Assembly (NCBI GenBank): GCA_905197955.1
Contig: CAJKAR010000021.1
Coordinates: 7,763 to 71,762 of the forward strand
From: an uncultured Lentisphaeria bacterium
GTDB lineage: Bacteria; Verrucomicrobiota; Lentisphaeria; Victivallales; UBA1829
Reading direction: 5' to 3'
Length of the DNA stretch: 64,000 nucleotides
Shown here piece by piece: positions 1-9,694 of this stretch. Positions within the stretch are counted from its first letter, which is position 1, and the number at the start of each line of letters is the position of its first letter. The position numbers and the translations under genes are program-made. The notes below the pieces were generated by a model, which was not told where the DNA came from, did no database searches, and saw only the letters and a list, made by a program, of their open reading frames with translations.

Positions 1-197
1 TCCTGCATTTTCGTCATCAGTTCATATCCGTTCACGGCATCCGGAAAACCGGGAAAGTTTTCCACATCGGTCGTCTGTGTCAGCAATCCGCCCGGCAGGG
101 GACCCGCAATCAGCAGAGGATTCAGATTTGCACGTCCGGCATATACCGCAGCGGTCAGTCCGGCAGGTCCGGTTCCGACAATCACAACATTTCTCAT
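1..197 (-). CDS. trxB: Thioredoxin-disulfide reductase, first ~65 codons (gene runs off the window start)
   Basis: Absent from the ORF track because it is open at the window edge. The reverse complement reads [65 protein letters not shown]. This has the GxGxAG FAD loop and the TrxB-typical TTxVENFPGF block. ATG at 197-195, with AAGGAG 6 nt upstream (204-209). Confidence 0.85.
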   Translation of the reverse strand, partial: MRNVVIVGTGPAGLTAAVYAGRANLNPLLIAGPLPGGLLTQTTDVENFPGFPDAVNGYELMTKMQ

Positions 198-378
198 GAC
201 AAGCTCCTTTTTCAATGAATCAAATTTGACCTGTTTGACATATCGGTAATATTGCACGCAATCGCAAATTTCGCAACCAGTGAAAGTTCGTTCCCTCTTT
301 TTTTCTGTACCACATTGAAAAACGCTGTAAAAAACATAAATTATGTACTGTATTCACTCAAGAAAAAAAGGATTTTTC

Positions 379-1158
379 ATGAAACTGTTTTTGCTTGCTG
401 TTTTTCTTCTCCTGCCGTTTCTCTCCCGCCCCGCTCCACTCCCGGAAGAAGAAACGCTGCCGCGAATTCGAATTCCATTCACGGAAAAGGGAGTTTCTCT
501 TCAGGAAAATTCCGAATCACCCGTCTGGAAAAAGGCCGCCATACTCCATCTGGAAAAAGCGGCGAAGGGAATGCAAAAACATTCCCTGTGGAGGAACAGG
601 GGAACAAGCATTTACCTGACCTATGATAAAAATAATCTCTATCTCATGGCAGTCTGCAAGGATGAAAACGACCGGCCGGCAGGAAAAAAACATGATGACG
701 AACTTCATCGCGGCGATGCCATTGAAATTTTCATTGATGGCATAGGAGATCACAGACAATATCTTGAAATACAGATAAATTCCCGAAATCTTGTCCGTGA
801 TGTCAACTATCTCTTCACCGGAAATACCGTTGAACTCGACCGCAACGGCATTATCCGCGACGGACGAAACCAATGGGACGTACCCGGATTCGATATTCCT
901 GATTTTCAGCATCAAACGTCCCCCATCCTCTCCTCCGACGGGAAAAAAACAGGCTGGTGCGTCAAAGTTGCCCTTCCCGCAAAACTCCTTCTTCGCCGCA
1001 ACGGGCAGTCGCACTTTTCCAAAGGCATGATCCTGCGCGCTAATTTCGTCCGTCTGAAACATGAAGGCAATGCGATGCACTCGCTGTTCTGGTCCCCAAC
1101 CGTTTACGGACGGCCTCACAGAAGCCCAGGAAGAATGGGCTTTCTGATTCTGGATTGA
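379..1158 (+). CDS. Secreted carbohydrate-binding family 9-like (CBM9/DOMON-like) protein
   Basis: ORF 343-1158. ATG at 379 gives the signal-peptide-like MKLFLLAVFLLLPFLS. The block GDAIEIFIDG...RQYLEIQINSRNLVRDVNY resembles CBM9-type domains. Confidence 0.55.
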   Translation: MKLFLLAVFLLLPFLSRPAPLPEEETLPRIRIPFTEKGVSLQENSESPVWKKAAILHLEKAAKGMQKHSLWRNRGTSIYLTYDKNNLYLMAVCKDENDRPAGKKHDDELHRGDAIEIFIDGIGDHRQYLEIQINSRNLVRDVNYLFTGNTVELDRNGIIRDGRNQWDVPGFDIPDFQHQTSPILSSDGKKTGWCVKVALPAKLLLRRNGQSHFSKGMILRANFVRLKHEGNAMHSLFWSPTVYGRPHRSPGRMGFLILD

Positions 1159-1295
1159 AAAATCGTTTTAATGAAAAATCGCGTTTTTCTTTTCTTTCCA
1201 CTTGAAAAATCATAGAATCGGGAACATCTTTCCTTCCGTTATTGTTTGGAAGAGAAGAATGCACAACCCGGCTGCTGCCGATTGCGGAATGAAAG

Positions 1296-2597
1296 ATGGA
1301 TGACGGACTTTTTGCACAACTGAATGATCGGCCCCTCGCAGATAAACTGCGTCCGGAAACACTGGATGAGATTGTCGGACAGGAACACCTGATCGGTCCG
1401 GACGGCCCCGTCCGCAGAATGATCGAAAGCGGGAAAATTTCCAGTTTTATCCTCTGGGGTCCTCCCGGATGCGGCAAGACAACAATCGCACGTCTGCTTG
1501 CCAACGTCAGCGACATGCACTTTGTTGCGCTTTCCGCGGTTTTCTCCGGAATCGCAGACCTTAGAAAAGCATTTGATGAAGCGGAAAAACGTCGTCTTTA
1601 CGGTCAGAAAACACTCCTCTTCGTCGATGAAATCCACCGGTTCAACCGGGCACAGCAGGATGGATTCCTGCCCTATGTGGAAAATGGAACGGTCACACTC
1701 GTCGGAGCCACAACTGAAAACCCGTCGTTCGAACTGAACAGCGCGTTGCTCTCCCGCTGCAAGGTCTTCGTCATGAAACCGCTGGATGCCAACGCTCTCC
1801 AGCAGATCATCGACCGCGCGGAAAAAACCGTGGGGCGGAAACTTCCCGTTGACGATACCGCCGCCGCAACCCTCAAGGATCTCGCCGATGGCGACGGGCG
1901 ATATCTCATTAATCTGCTCGAAAGTATCTACGACCTCGCCCCGGAAAACGCCCTGCTTGATCGCGAAGGTCTCGAAAAAATCGTCCAGCACCGCGCCCCC
2001 ATGTACGACAAGGACCGCGAAGGGCACTATAATCTGATCAGCGCTCTTCATAAATCGCTCCGCGGCTCCGATACCGATGCGGCTCTCTACTGGGCCGCCC
2101 GCATGATCGAAGGCGGAGAAGATCCCCTCTATCTTCTCCGGAGACTGACCCGGTTCGCCATGGAAGACATCGGTCTGGCCGATCCCCAGGCTCTCCCCGC
2201 CGCGATCGCCGCATGGGATGCCTATGAACGTCTCGGCTCCCCCGAAGGAGATATCGCGATCGCGGAACTCATCTGCTACCTCGGCACCGCTCCAAAATCA
2301 AACAGCTGTTACACTGCATGGAACGATGCGGTCAAAGCAGCAAAACAGTATTCCTCCCTGAATCCGCCGAAACATATTCTCAACGCGCCAACCCGACTGA
2401 TGAAGGAAATCGGTTACGGAAACGGTTATATCTACGACCATGATACGGAAGATGGTTTCTCAGGACAGAATTATTTTCCTGAACAAATGTCCCGTATTCG
2501 ATTCTATCATCCTGTCGAACGCGGATTCGAACGGGAAATCAACCGCAGACTCCAATACTGGGATCGCCTGCGGGCAGAAAAAATGAAAAAGAAATAA
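1296..2597 (+). CDS. rarA: Replication-associated recombination protein A (AAA+ ATPase)
   Basis: 433 aa. Walker A GPPGCGKTT, Walker B LFVDEIHRFN, and the C-terminal MgsA-type helical domain (HYNLISALHKSLRGSD, LYWAARM). Confidence 0.92.
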   Translation: MDDGLFAQLNDRPLADKLRPETLDEIVGQEHLIGPDGPVRRMIESGKISSFILWGPPGCGKTTIARLLANVSDMHFVALSAVFSGIADLRKAFDEAEKRRLYGQKTLLFVDEIHRFNRAQQDGFLPYVENGTVTLVGATTENPSFELNSALLSRCKVFVMKPLDANALQQIIDRAEKTVGRKLPVDDTAAATLKDLADGDGRYLINLLESIYDLAPENALLDREGLEKIVQHRAPMYDKDREGHYNLISALHKSLRGSDTDAALYWAARMIEGGEDPLYLLRRLTRFAMEDIGLADPQALPAAIAAWDAYERLGSPEGDIAIAELICYLGTAPKSNSCYTAWNDAVKAAKQYSSLNPPKHILNAPTRLMKEIGYGNGYIYDHDTEDGFSGQNYFPEQMSRIRFYHPVERGFEREINRRLQYWDRLRAEKMKKK

Positions 2598-2717
2598 CGT
2601 CGCAATGTTTTTATTCTTGCTCAGGCATCTGGATCAGGAGTTGAGTTGGGGGCGAGAAGCCACCAACCCAAAAACCGATCATAAACGAAAAGAAAATACC
2701 GGAGAAGAGCAGATAAA

Positions 2718-4181
2718 ATGTCAAAAGCGGATTTCAGACCGGGAGATATCCCCGCCAAACCGGGTGTATATGTGTATCGAGATCGCTTCGGGAAAGTGAT
2801 TTATGTTGGCAAGGCATCGAATCTGCGACGGCGGATGTCGCACTATTTTCAGCCGTCGCAGGTGACTCGTGCAGATCCGAAGTTGCGCTCGCTGATCAAT
2901 ACGATTGACACATGGGAATTCTTCACCGTAAAAAATGAAGACGAGGCCCTGATTCTGGAATCGCGTTTCATCAAGGAATACGCACCGCACTACAACATTC
3001 TATTACGGGACGACAAGCGTTATCTGATGTTGAAAGTGGATCGGAACGAAACATATCCCCGTCTGAAACTGGTCCGTCTGAAGAAAAAGGATTCGAGTCT
3101 TTACTTTGGTCCGTTTCCTCATGGGAAAGCGCTGCGGAGCCTGATGGAATTTCTGACGAAGCGTTTTGGACTCCGCTCCTGCAAGACGCAGAGTCCGACG
3201 GAGGAAGACAGAAAGCACTGTCTGGCCGGCACGGTCCGGGACTGCTGCCGTCCCTGCACGGGCGAAGTGACGGAAGAGCAGTACATGGAACGAGTGGATC
3301 AGGTTGTTGACGTTCTGAACGGCAACATCCGGGAGATCGCCGCGGAGCTGAAAGAAAAAATGATGAAAGCGGCGGCAGGCAGACAATTTGAAAAAGCGGC
3401 ATCTCTGCGAGATGTTCTCTCAAATCTGCAATCGATCTGCGGCAACCGCATCCGCTCTTTTGAACATGCGCAACTTCCTGCGGAAGCCGGCATGGAGGCG
3501 GTCAACGATCTCCAGAAAGCCCTGCGTCTGCCGCAGCCGCCGAAGGTGATTGAAGGATTCGACATCTCGAATCTCGGTACAACATTTGCGGTAGCCAGTA
3601 TGGTCCGCTTTGTCAACGGTCGTCCCGACAAATCCGGCTATCGGCGATTCCGGATCAAAACCGTGGAAGGACAGAACGATTTTGCAATGATGCATGAAGT
3701 GGTCACACGCCATTTTTCGCGTCTTCTGAATGAAAAGAAACCTCTGCCCGATCTGCTGATGGTGGATGGCGGGAAAGGTCAGCTTCATCTGGCGCTGAAA
3801 GCTCTGGTAGCCATCGATTGTCCGCCATTTCCGGTCATCGGGCTGGCGAAGCGGAATGAAGAGATCTATCTGCCGGGGCGCAGTGAACCGGTGGTTCTGG
3901 AGCGGAGCCGTCCCGCCTTGAAAGTTCTTCAGGCACTCCGGGATGAGGCTCATCGTTTTGCGGTCTCCTACAACCGTCAGCTCCGTCTGAAACGGATTTC
4001 GGAATCCCTGCTCGATGAAATCGAAGGCATGGGGGAAGCACGAAGAAACTCTCTTCTGCGGGAATTCGGATCTGTCTCAGAACTGCGGAAAGCGAGTCCG
4101 GAAGAGATTGCCGCCCGTGTCCGCGGCATCGGAATCGAGTTTGCCCGGACGGTGCATGCCTTTCTTCAAACTCACAAATAA
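2718..4181 (+). CDS. uvrC: Excinuclease ABC subunit C (compact, 487 aa)
   Basis: GIY-YIG block (PGVYVYRD...VIYVGKASNLRRRMSHYF), UVR motif (FEKAASLRDVL), endonuclease domain (IEGFDISN...MVDGGKGQL) and a C-terminal HhH (LDEIEGMGEARRNSLL). GGAG lies upstream of the ATG at 2718. Confidence 0.9.
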   Translation: MSKADFRPGDIPAKPGVYVYRDRFGKVIYVGKASNLRRRMSHYFQPSQVTRADPKLRSLINTIDTWEFFTVKNEDEALILESRFIKEYAPHYNILLRDDKRYLMLKVDRNETYPRLKLVRLKKKDSSLYFGPFPHGKALRSLMEFLTKRFGLRSCKTQSPTEEDRKHCLAGTVRDCCRPCTGEVTEEQYMERVDQVVDVLNGNIREIAAELKEKMMKAAAGRQFEKAASLRDVLSNLQSICGNRIRSFEHAQLPAEAGMEAVNDLQKALRLPQPPKVIEGFDISNLGTTFAVASMVRFVNGRPDKSGYRRFRIKTVEGQNDFAMMHEVVTRHFSRLLNEKKPLPDLLMVDGGKGQLHLALKALVAIDCPPFPVIGLAKRNEEIYLPGRSEPVVLERSRPALKVLQALRDEAHRFAVSYNRQLRLKRISESLLDEIEGMGEARRNSLLREFGSVSELRKASPEEIAARVRGIGIEFARTVHAFLQTHK

Positions 4182-4265
4182 ACGGGAAGCAATCCGCCGC
4201 ACATCCTTCCTGAGATGGAAGAGCAGCAGTACGTTCCCGTCAGCAATAGCGTAAACGCTCCCGAT

Positions 4266-6227
4266 TCACCGTTTCGTAAACGTGATATAACGGTATTTAC
4301 GTCCGTTGATCTTGTACTTTCTGGTATCGGCCGGACGGGTAATCCTCTGCCGGGCGGGTGCGGGAACGATGCTGTTCCTTGTTTTCTGAAGTTCCCGTTC
4401 ACGCCGCATCTCTTCGAGTTTTTTCTTTTTGGCGAGTTTCAGCTCCTGATCTCTGGCATCGGCATCATAATCGGGTTTGACATTGAGATATTTCAAGGTT
4501 CGCTCGGCGATGGTCCGGAAAGTCGGTCCGGCGACAGATCCACCGTAGTAACCGCCTCTGGGTTCGTCCGCAGTTACAAGCAGAACAAAGCGGGGATTGT
4601 CCGCAGGTACAAATCCGACGAAATTGGCAATATACTTCGATTTAGAATATGCCCCATTCACAAATTTCTGAGCTGTTCCGGTTTTTCCCGCAACGTAATA
4701 TCCTCGAACGGAGGCTTTCCTTGCGGTACCGCCCTCTCCGGTCACCTTTTTCATCATTTCGACAATTTTCTTATGAGTGGTCGGATCCTTGAAAATCGAA
4801 TCAGGCTTTTCCAGCGGCATCTTCTGTTCGATTCCCGTTGCCGGATTTTCAATGCGGTCCACCAGGCGCAACTTCACCGGATGCCCTCCATTGGCAAGGA
4901 TACAGTATCCCCGCACCAGCTGGAGCGGGGATACGGCCACCCCCTGCCCAATCGGGAATCGCGTAATGGAGAGCGTATCCCAACGTTTCAGCGGACGGTA
5001 AATTCCGGCTGTTTCCGGTCTCAGCGGGATCCCCGTTCTGGAACCGATCCCGAAACTGCGCAGCACCTCATCCAAAGTCTTCTCCCCCATTGCGAGCGCG
5101 ATCTTCGCGGTTCCAATGTTGCTGGAGTGCTGAATAATTTCCGATACGGTCAGATTCCCCATCGGATGAGAATCCTTGAGACTTTTTCCACCGTAGAACC
5201 AGAGTCCTTTTTCGCAGTCGAAACGGGTCTCCGGAGTAACGATCCCCCGGTCAAGCGCTCCCGCCACGACAAGCGGCTTCATGGTGGAACCGGGTTCGAA
5301 AGTATCCTCCGCGATCCGGTTTCGCCAGGCGTTGGGTTTCATGGAGTTGCGGTCGTTGGGATCGAACGTCGGCCGCTGAGCCACGGCAATAATATCACCG
5401 GTGTAGGGATCCGCCATGACGGCATAGGCGGCACTCGGATTGCAGCGTTCCATAAACTTGTCCAGCTCCTCCTCCAGAATGGCCTGAATCGGTTCCTGAA
5501 TGGTGAGATAAACATTGAATCCATCCTTATCCTCCTTCATGCTGGAGTTGCCGTAGGCGATGGGGAGCCCGTCGCGACTGCGTTCATACCGCTCCTGCCC
5601 CTGAACACTGCGCATTTTGTTGTCATAGAACTTTTCCAGTCCGATGACTGCCACGACCTGATCCCGGTCCAGATTGGTGAATCCCAGGACATTCGCCAGA
5701 AGCTGTTTTTTCGGGTAATACCGTTTTGTCGTCTCGCGGTAGAAGATGGTTTTATAGCCCAGACGCGCCGTTTCCAGTTTCAGGCGCTCGGCGATCTCAT
5801 AATCGACTTTGCCTTTGATAATGACAAATTTTCTCTGGCGGACCCTTTTCGTTCCATCCGGATTTTTCGTGACGATCTCCTTGTCCATCAGTTTTTCATA
5901 GACGGAATCTTCGCTGATTTCCAGCTTTTCCGCCAGGAACTTTGCGATTTCGCGGCACTGTTCCGCATCTCCGGCGATGGAGGGATCGGCACAGACATCC
6001 GAGCAGGGAATGTTGCCGACCAGCAGATTTCCGGAATAATCGTAAATCTCACCGCGTTTTCCGTTCATGGTTTTAACGGTGGTATATTTCATGCGGGCTT
6101 TCTTGTAAAGCTCGTCATGGCGCCGGATCTGAACCGTGTAGAGCTGCCAGCCGATATAGCCGAAAAGCAGAAGAAGGATGACCGTCACAACGATCATCCG
6201 TCTTCCCATCTGCGTGAATTTTGTCAT
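4266..6227 (-). CDS. ftsI: Peptidoglycan D,D-transpeptidase FtsI (class B PBP)
   Basis: N-terminal TM helix and the SxxK (STMKP), SxN (HSSNIG) and KTG (KTGTA) motifs. It follows ftsL in dcw order. The track start at 6236 is GTG. The ATG at 6227 is preceded by GGGAGGGGTGGAG, so I prefer it. Confidence 0.9.
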   Translation of the reverse strand: MTKFTQMGRRMIVVTVILLLLFGYIGWQLYTVQIRRHDELYKKARMKYTTVKTMNGKRGEIYDYSGNLLVGNIPCSDVCADPSIAGDAEQCREIAKFLAEKLEISEDSVYEKLMDKEIVTKNPDGTKRVRQRKFVIIKGKVDYEIAERLKLETARLGYKTIFYRETTKRYYPKKQLLANVLGFTNLDRDQVVAVIGLEKFYDNKMRSVQGQERYERSRDGLPIAYGNSSMKEDKDGFNVYLTIQEPIQAILEEELDKFMERCNPSAAYAVMADPYTGDIIAVAQRPTFDPNDRNSMKPNAWRNRIAEDTFEPGSTMKPLVVAGALDRGIVTPETRFDCEKGLWFYGGKSLKDSHPMGNLTVSEIIQHSSNIGTAKIALAMGEKTLDEVLRSFGIGSRTGIPLRPETAGIYRPLKRWDTLSITRFPIGQGVAVSPLQLVRGYCILANGGHPVKLRLVDRIENPATGIEQKMPLEKPDSIFKDPTTHKKIVEMMKKVTGEGGTARKASVRGYYVAGKTGTAQKFVNGAYSKSKYIANFVGFVPADNPRFVLLVTADEPRGGYYGGSVAGPTFRTIAERTLKYLNVKPDYDADARDQELKLAKKKKLEEMRRERELQKTRNSIVPAPARQRITRPADTRKYKINGRKYRYITFTKR

Positions 6228-6247
6228 CTGCTCCACCCCTCCCGGAC

Positions 6248-6676
6248 TCAGTGGGTTCCGGCGGTACGATTCTCCCTGTACAGAGGCGCACTGCCGTTCA
6301 TCATCGCTCCGGAATGTCCGTCAAGATCCAGCAGCACAATCTTGCGGATCTGCTTGGAATCGGCGGGCCGGAGTCCGAGCTTGAACATGTTGATGCGGGA
6401 ACTGATATACGGCCAGGAACTCAGCTGCTCCTTGCGAACCTTCAGATTCGCAATCTCACGGTTCAGCTGATGAATCTTGGATTTCGTGCGTGCGATCTCG
6501 CGGTTGATCTGTTCCGCCTTCTGGTTGTAAATGATTCTCGCGTTGACGGCAAGGAAAATCAGAGCGAACATAAAGGAGAGCTTGATGACAAGGGATACCA
6601 TCCAGGACCTCTTTGCCGAGGCTCTGGAACTGCGCCTGATTTCTTCCTGTGTTCTCATAGTTCTTACATTTGTCAT
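6248..6676 (-). CDS. ftsL: Cell division protein FtsL-like (single-pass, coiled coil)
   Basis: Position between rsmH and ftsI. Has a TM segment (WMVSLVIKLSFMFALIFLAV) followed by a heptad-like coiled coil (INREIARTKSKIHQLNREIANLKVRKEQL). The ATG at 6676 overlaps the rsmH stop (ATGA). Confidence 0.7.
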   Translation of the reverse strand: MTNVRTMRTQEEIRRSSRASAKRSWMVSLVIKLSFMFALIFLAVNARIIYNQKAEQINREIARTKSKIHQLNREIANLKVRKEQLSSWPYISSRINMFKLGLRPADSKQIRKIVLLDLDGHSGAMMNGSAPLYRENRTAGTH

Positions 6677-7650
6677 GATTCTCTCCCCGCCGTTTTTATT
6701 TTTTCCGCCGCTCTCAATTTTGCACACGCCGCTCTTGGATTTTCCTTCAGTTCCGTCTCATCCGCCGTTACCGGATGCCTGGTCACGATCTTCAGCACCG
6801 GCTTCCATCCGCATACACAAACCGGAAGCCCCGGCGGACATTTGCACGTCTCCGCCATATCCCGGAAGAAGTTTTTGACAATTCTATCTTCCAGCGAATG
6901 AAAGCTGATCACACAGAGCCTTCCGCCCGGATTCAGCAGCGGAACTGCAGCTTCCAGCGCCCGTTTCAACTCCTCCAGTTCCCCGTTGACTTCCATCCGC
7001 AGAGCCTGAAAACAGAGGGTCGGCGCGGGAAGACTTCTCTTCCGGTTCCGGGAACGCAGCACCCGATCACAGATTTCCGCGAGTTCTCCGGTTGTCGAAA
7101 ATGCCTTTTTCTCTCTGGCGGCAACGATCGCCTCCGCAAGCATACGGGCATCCCGGTTCTCCATTTCCCCGTATTCCCGAAACAGATTCCGAAGAGACTC
7201 CGCATCATAATGATTCACGACTCTGGAAGCGGAAAGTTCCGACGTTCTGTCCATTCTCATATCCAGCGGACCATCCTGACGAAATGAAAATCCGCGCTTC
7301 GGATCATCAATCTGCGGAGAAGAGACCCCGATATCCAGCAGAATCGCATCAACCGAATCCCAGCCGAGTCCGCGGGAAAATTCCGCAAGTTCCGAAAAAC
7401 GTCCTTTCCGCAGATGCACCCGGTTCCCGGCAAACGCCAGACGTTCTCCGGCACGGACGAGTGCCTCGTCATCGCGGTCGATTCCCAGCAGTTCCGCCTC
7501 AGGCAGACGTTCCAGAATCAGGGAACTGTGTCCACCGCATCCGATTGTCCCGTCGATGATTCTGCGAATCGGACGGCTGGTTCCGTCAAGCAGCAAGTCT
7601 ATCGTCTGTCGGGGAAGAACCGGAACATGAGTAAATGCCGATTCCGTCAT
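6673..7650 (-). CDS. rsmH: 16S rRNA (cytosine1402-N4)-methyltransferase
   Basis: 325 aa. SAM-binding GTIGCGGHS, DLGVSSPQID and HSLEDRIVK blocks. ATGA overlap with the mraZ stop. Confidence 0.93.
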   Translation of the reverse strand: MTESAFTHVPVLPRQTIDLLLDGTSRPIRRIIDGTIGCGGHSSLILERLPEAELLGIDRDDEALVRAGERLAFAGNRVHLRKGRFSELAEFSRGLGWDSVDAILLDIGVSSPQIDDPKRGFSFRQDGPLDMRMDRTSELSASRVVNHYDAESLRNLFREYGEMENRDARMLAEAIVAAREKKAFSTTGELAEICDRVLRSRNRKRSLPAPTLCFQALRMEVNGELEELKRALEAAVPLLNPGGRLCVISFHSLEDRIVKNFFRDMAETCKCPPGLPVCVCGWKPVLKIVTRHPVTADETELKENPRAACAKLRAAEKIKTAGRES

Positions 7651-8105
7651 CCCGCCGTCTCCCTGCTGAGTTTCTCCAGCACATCATAACAGGCATCTTC
7701 CCCGTTCTCCTGCTGCATCCGGCTCCACGCCTCAGGCGAGTAGAGGAGAATCATCGAAACGGAACCGACCAGAGCCACCTTGTCTTTCAGACCTGCATGA
7801 GCCGCCAGCTGCTGACCGATCTGGATTCGTCCCTGCTTGTCGCACACGCATTCCTGCGCGCGTGAACCAAGACGCGCCAGATTCCGCGCATCCTCCACAT
7901 TCCCGAGGGAAAGTTTTCGAGTCTTGTCCAGCACCATCTCACGGAAGGTGTCCACGGACATCATCTGAATAGCGTGGTCGCGCGACGGCAGAAGAACAAA
8001 ACGCGAACAACCCCTCCATGCCGCCGGAATGGCAACTCTCCGCTGCGTGTCGAGCGTGTGCTCATACTCGCCTAGAAAAAATGTGGGTTCCGACCCTGCT
8101 GCCAT
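7647..8105 (-). CDS. mraZ: Transcriptional regulator MraZ
   Basis: 152 aa. The N-terminal FLGEYEHTLDTQRRVAIP block and the second SpoVT/AbrB-like repeat are present. It is the first gene of the dcw cluster. Confidence 0.9.
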   Translation of the reverse strand: MAAGSEPTFFLGEYEHTLDTQRRVAIPAAWRGCSRFVLLPSRDHAIQMMSVDTFREMVLDKTRKLSLGNVEDARNLARLGSRAQECVCDKQGRIQIGQQLAAHAGLKDKVALVGSVSMILLYSPEAWSRMQQENGEDACYDVLEKLSRETAG

Positions 8106-8157
8106 CTACTTGCTCCATTTCACTGCTATTCTCACCTTTTCGCCCCTTTATGACCCT

Positions 8158-8185
8158 AACTTATCCTTTTTTCCCTTTCTTTCAA
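8158..8185 (-). promoter_or_regulatory. Candidate sigma70 promoter of mraZ operon (TTGAAA-N16-TAAGTT)
   Basis: On the minus strand, TTGAAA is at 8185-8180 and TAAGTT at 8163-8158, about 50 nt upstream of the mraZ ATG. Pattern match only. Confidence 0.3.
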
Positions 8186-8330
8186 GTGGAAAAAAGAAAA
8201 AAAATCAAAAAAAGTTTGCAAAAGAAAAGCTCCCGGCAAGGACTCTTCATGCCGGGAAAAAAGAAAAGTGTTCCCAAGTCCCTGAAAAGACGCCAGAAAG
8301 AAGCTGCCGGAACAATCGTTCCGGAAAAAA

Positions 8331-8381
8331 GACAAAAAAAATCCCGTCGCCGAGACGTCGTTTCATCTTCTCGGCGACGGG
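8331..8381 (-). terminator. Rho-independent terminator after the GH172 gene
   Basis: 13-bp perfect stem (8343-8355 / 8369-8381), followed on the minus strand by a T-run (complement of 8331-8341). Confidence 0.8.
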
Positions 8382-8406
8382 AACCTTTCCCGGATTATTT
8401 TCCGCT

Positions 8407-9483
8407 TCAAATCACTTCCAGCTGATCCTTCTCCGGCAGAGGATGCGGCGTATGAGCCGGGGTATCCTGATACCAGAATGCCACAGCAGCGATGTCATCC
8501 TGAAGCGGCAGATAACGTCCGCCGGATCGCCAGCCGAGGGCCTGAATGGTCACCCGGATCCTCTCCCGGAAACGGATCGGATCGCAAAGATGCCAGCGGT
8601 AGAGCCCGAAGCGCTGCTGCGAACGATAGACTCCATCCGGACAGAGAACCTGTGCAAGCCCGCTGTACGGCGTGGTAAATGGCTGATATCGCTTCGTCTC
8701 CTTGTTTTCAAAATTGTAGGAGCCGCCGAAATAGTCTTCGGTTCCGGTTCCGCAGATTGTCGGAAACTCTTCATCGTCATCAAGATAGAACTTGATCTCC
8801 CCTTCCCCCCACCAGCCGGAGTTGTTCACGCCCCACGCCAGATAGGTCCCGACATAATGCCCGTTGCCTTGAATCCCGTCAAGAATCGTATACACCCCTT
8901 TGTACGGCAGCGGATTTACTCGACGGAACTGCGCATGAAAATAAGCCGAATCAACCGGAACCTCGCCCAGCGAATAGTTGATCTGATAATACGCCACAAT
9001 ATCTTCCGTCGAAATGTTCTCCAGCGTGATGCGCGCATGGGTATGGAACGGCATCTCCCAGTAGCAGTTGAACGCGCTGCCCGGATTCACACAAACCGGA
9101 AGACTCGATACCGGAGTGTAGCTGCCCCATCCGCAGCAGAAGAAATCGCCTGCCGGACATTCAATGGCGGGCACCTCCTCGTTATCCCAGTAAAAGCGCA
9201 GGATCAGAAATCTCCAGTTTCCCGACAAGGTCATCCAGATCTGCTGAATCACCCCTTCTCCTTCGATATCCGCCAGAGTGAAAACCGATCCGGCAGGAAC
9301 GATCACGCTTGGAGAAACCTTCCAACCGACTCCCAGATCGCGCGCGCAACTGGCGCCGGTTCCTTCGGAAGCGCGCCCCCCTCCGCCGGGGGCACCTGTC
9401 ATGTTCTCCGGACTGATCGAGCGGGACCTGGCCTCCGACAAACGGGATATGGAACTCCAGGACGATGATGCAAGACGATTCAT
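8407..9483 (-). CDS. DUF2961 / glycoside hydrolase family 172-like protein (leaderless)
   Basis: 358 aa. The blocks SISPENMTG, WNWRFLILRFYWD-like and FYLDDDEEFPTICGTGTEDYFGGSYNF are typical of DUF2961. Monocistronic, with its own promoter and terminator. Confidence 0.75.
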   Translation of the reverse strand: MNRLASSSWSSISRLSEARSRSISPENMTGAPGGGGRASEGTGASCARDLGVGWKVSPSVIVPAGSVFTLADIEGEGVIQQIWMTLSGNWRFLILRFYWDNEEVPAIECPAGDFFCCGWGSYTPVSSLPVCVNPGSAFNCYWEMPFHTHARITLENISTEDIVAYYQINYSLGEVPVDSAYFHAQFRRVNPLPYKGVYTILDGIQGNGHYVGTYLAWGVNNSGWWGEGEIKFYLDDDEEFPTICGTGTEDYFGGSYNFENKETKRYQPFTTPYSGLAQVLCPDGVYRSQQRFGLYRWHLCDPIRFRERIRVTIQALGWRSGGRYLPLQDDIAAVAFWYQDTPAHTPHPLPEKDQLEVI

Positions 9484-9561
9484 TGATTCAACTCCTTTTG
9501 TTGTTTTTCCAGAAAACAGATTCAGGAAACATCACTAAGAATCATTTCCAAAATCTGTAGA

Positions 9562-9590
9562 AATATAAAAACCATTTCCGGCGTTTACAA
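9562..9590 (-). promoter_or_regulatory. Candidate sigma70 promoter of GH172 gene (TTGTAA-N17-TATATT)
   Basis: On the minus strand, -35 is at 9590-9585 and -10 at 9567-9562, about 75 nt upstream of the ATG at 9483. An AAGGAG-like RBS (aaaggag) lies before the start. Confidence 0.4.
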
Positions 9591-9629
9591 TCCCGGAAGC
9601 CGAAAAAATAAAAAGTTCTGCAATCAAAC

Positions 9630-9667
9630 AAAAAAACTCCGCACCCGCCCATCGGCAGATGCGGAGT
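9630..9667 (-). terminator. Rho-independent terminator after purL
   Basis: Stem ACTCCGCA (9636-9643) / TGCGGAGT (9660-9667), followed on the minus strand by T7. It lies 28 nt after the purL stop. Confidence 0.8.
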
Positions 9668-9694
9668 CTGTTTTTCAACAGAATGAGTTACAAC

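Noticed and set aside
4215-6470. 751-aa + strand ORF overlapping ftsI and ftsL.
   Set aside because: It is the same in-register antisense shadow (both congruent to 0 mod 3). It has no motifs, and ftsI on the minus strand has the SxxK/SxN/KTG set.
8029-9468. 479-aa + strand ORF, with other long shadow ORFs elsewhere: 13674-14513, 15708-16766, 17732-18796, 21095-22300, 23825-25021, 28123-29451, 31796-32950, 37024-38631, 39761-40912, 44272-45417, 47592-48458, 53371-54267, 56080-57723, 62771-63493.
   Set aside because: Every one is antisense to a gene with clear family motifs. All show the same low-complexity Arg/Gly/Pro/His bias and lack start signals.
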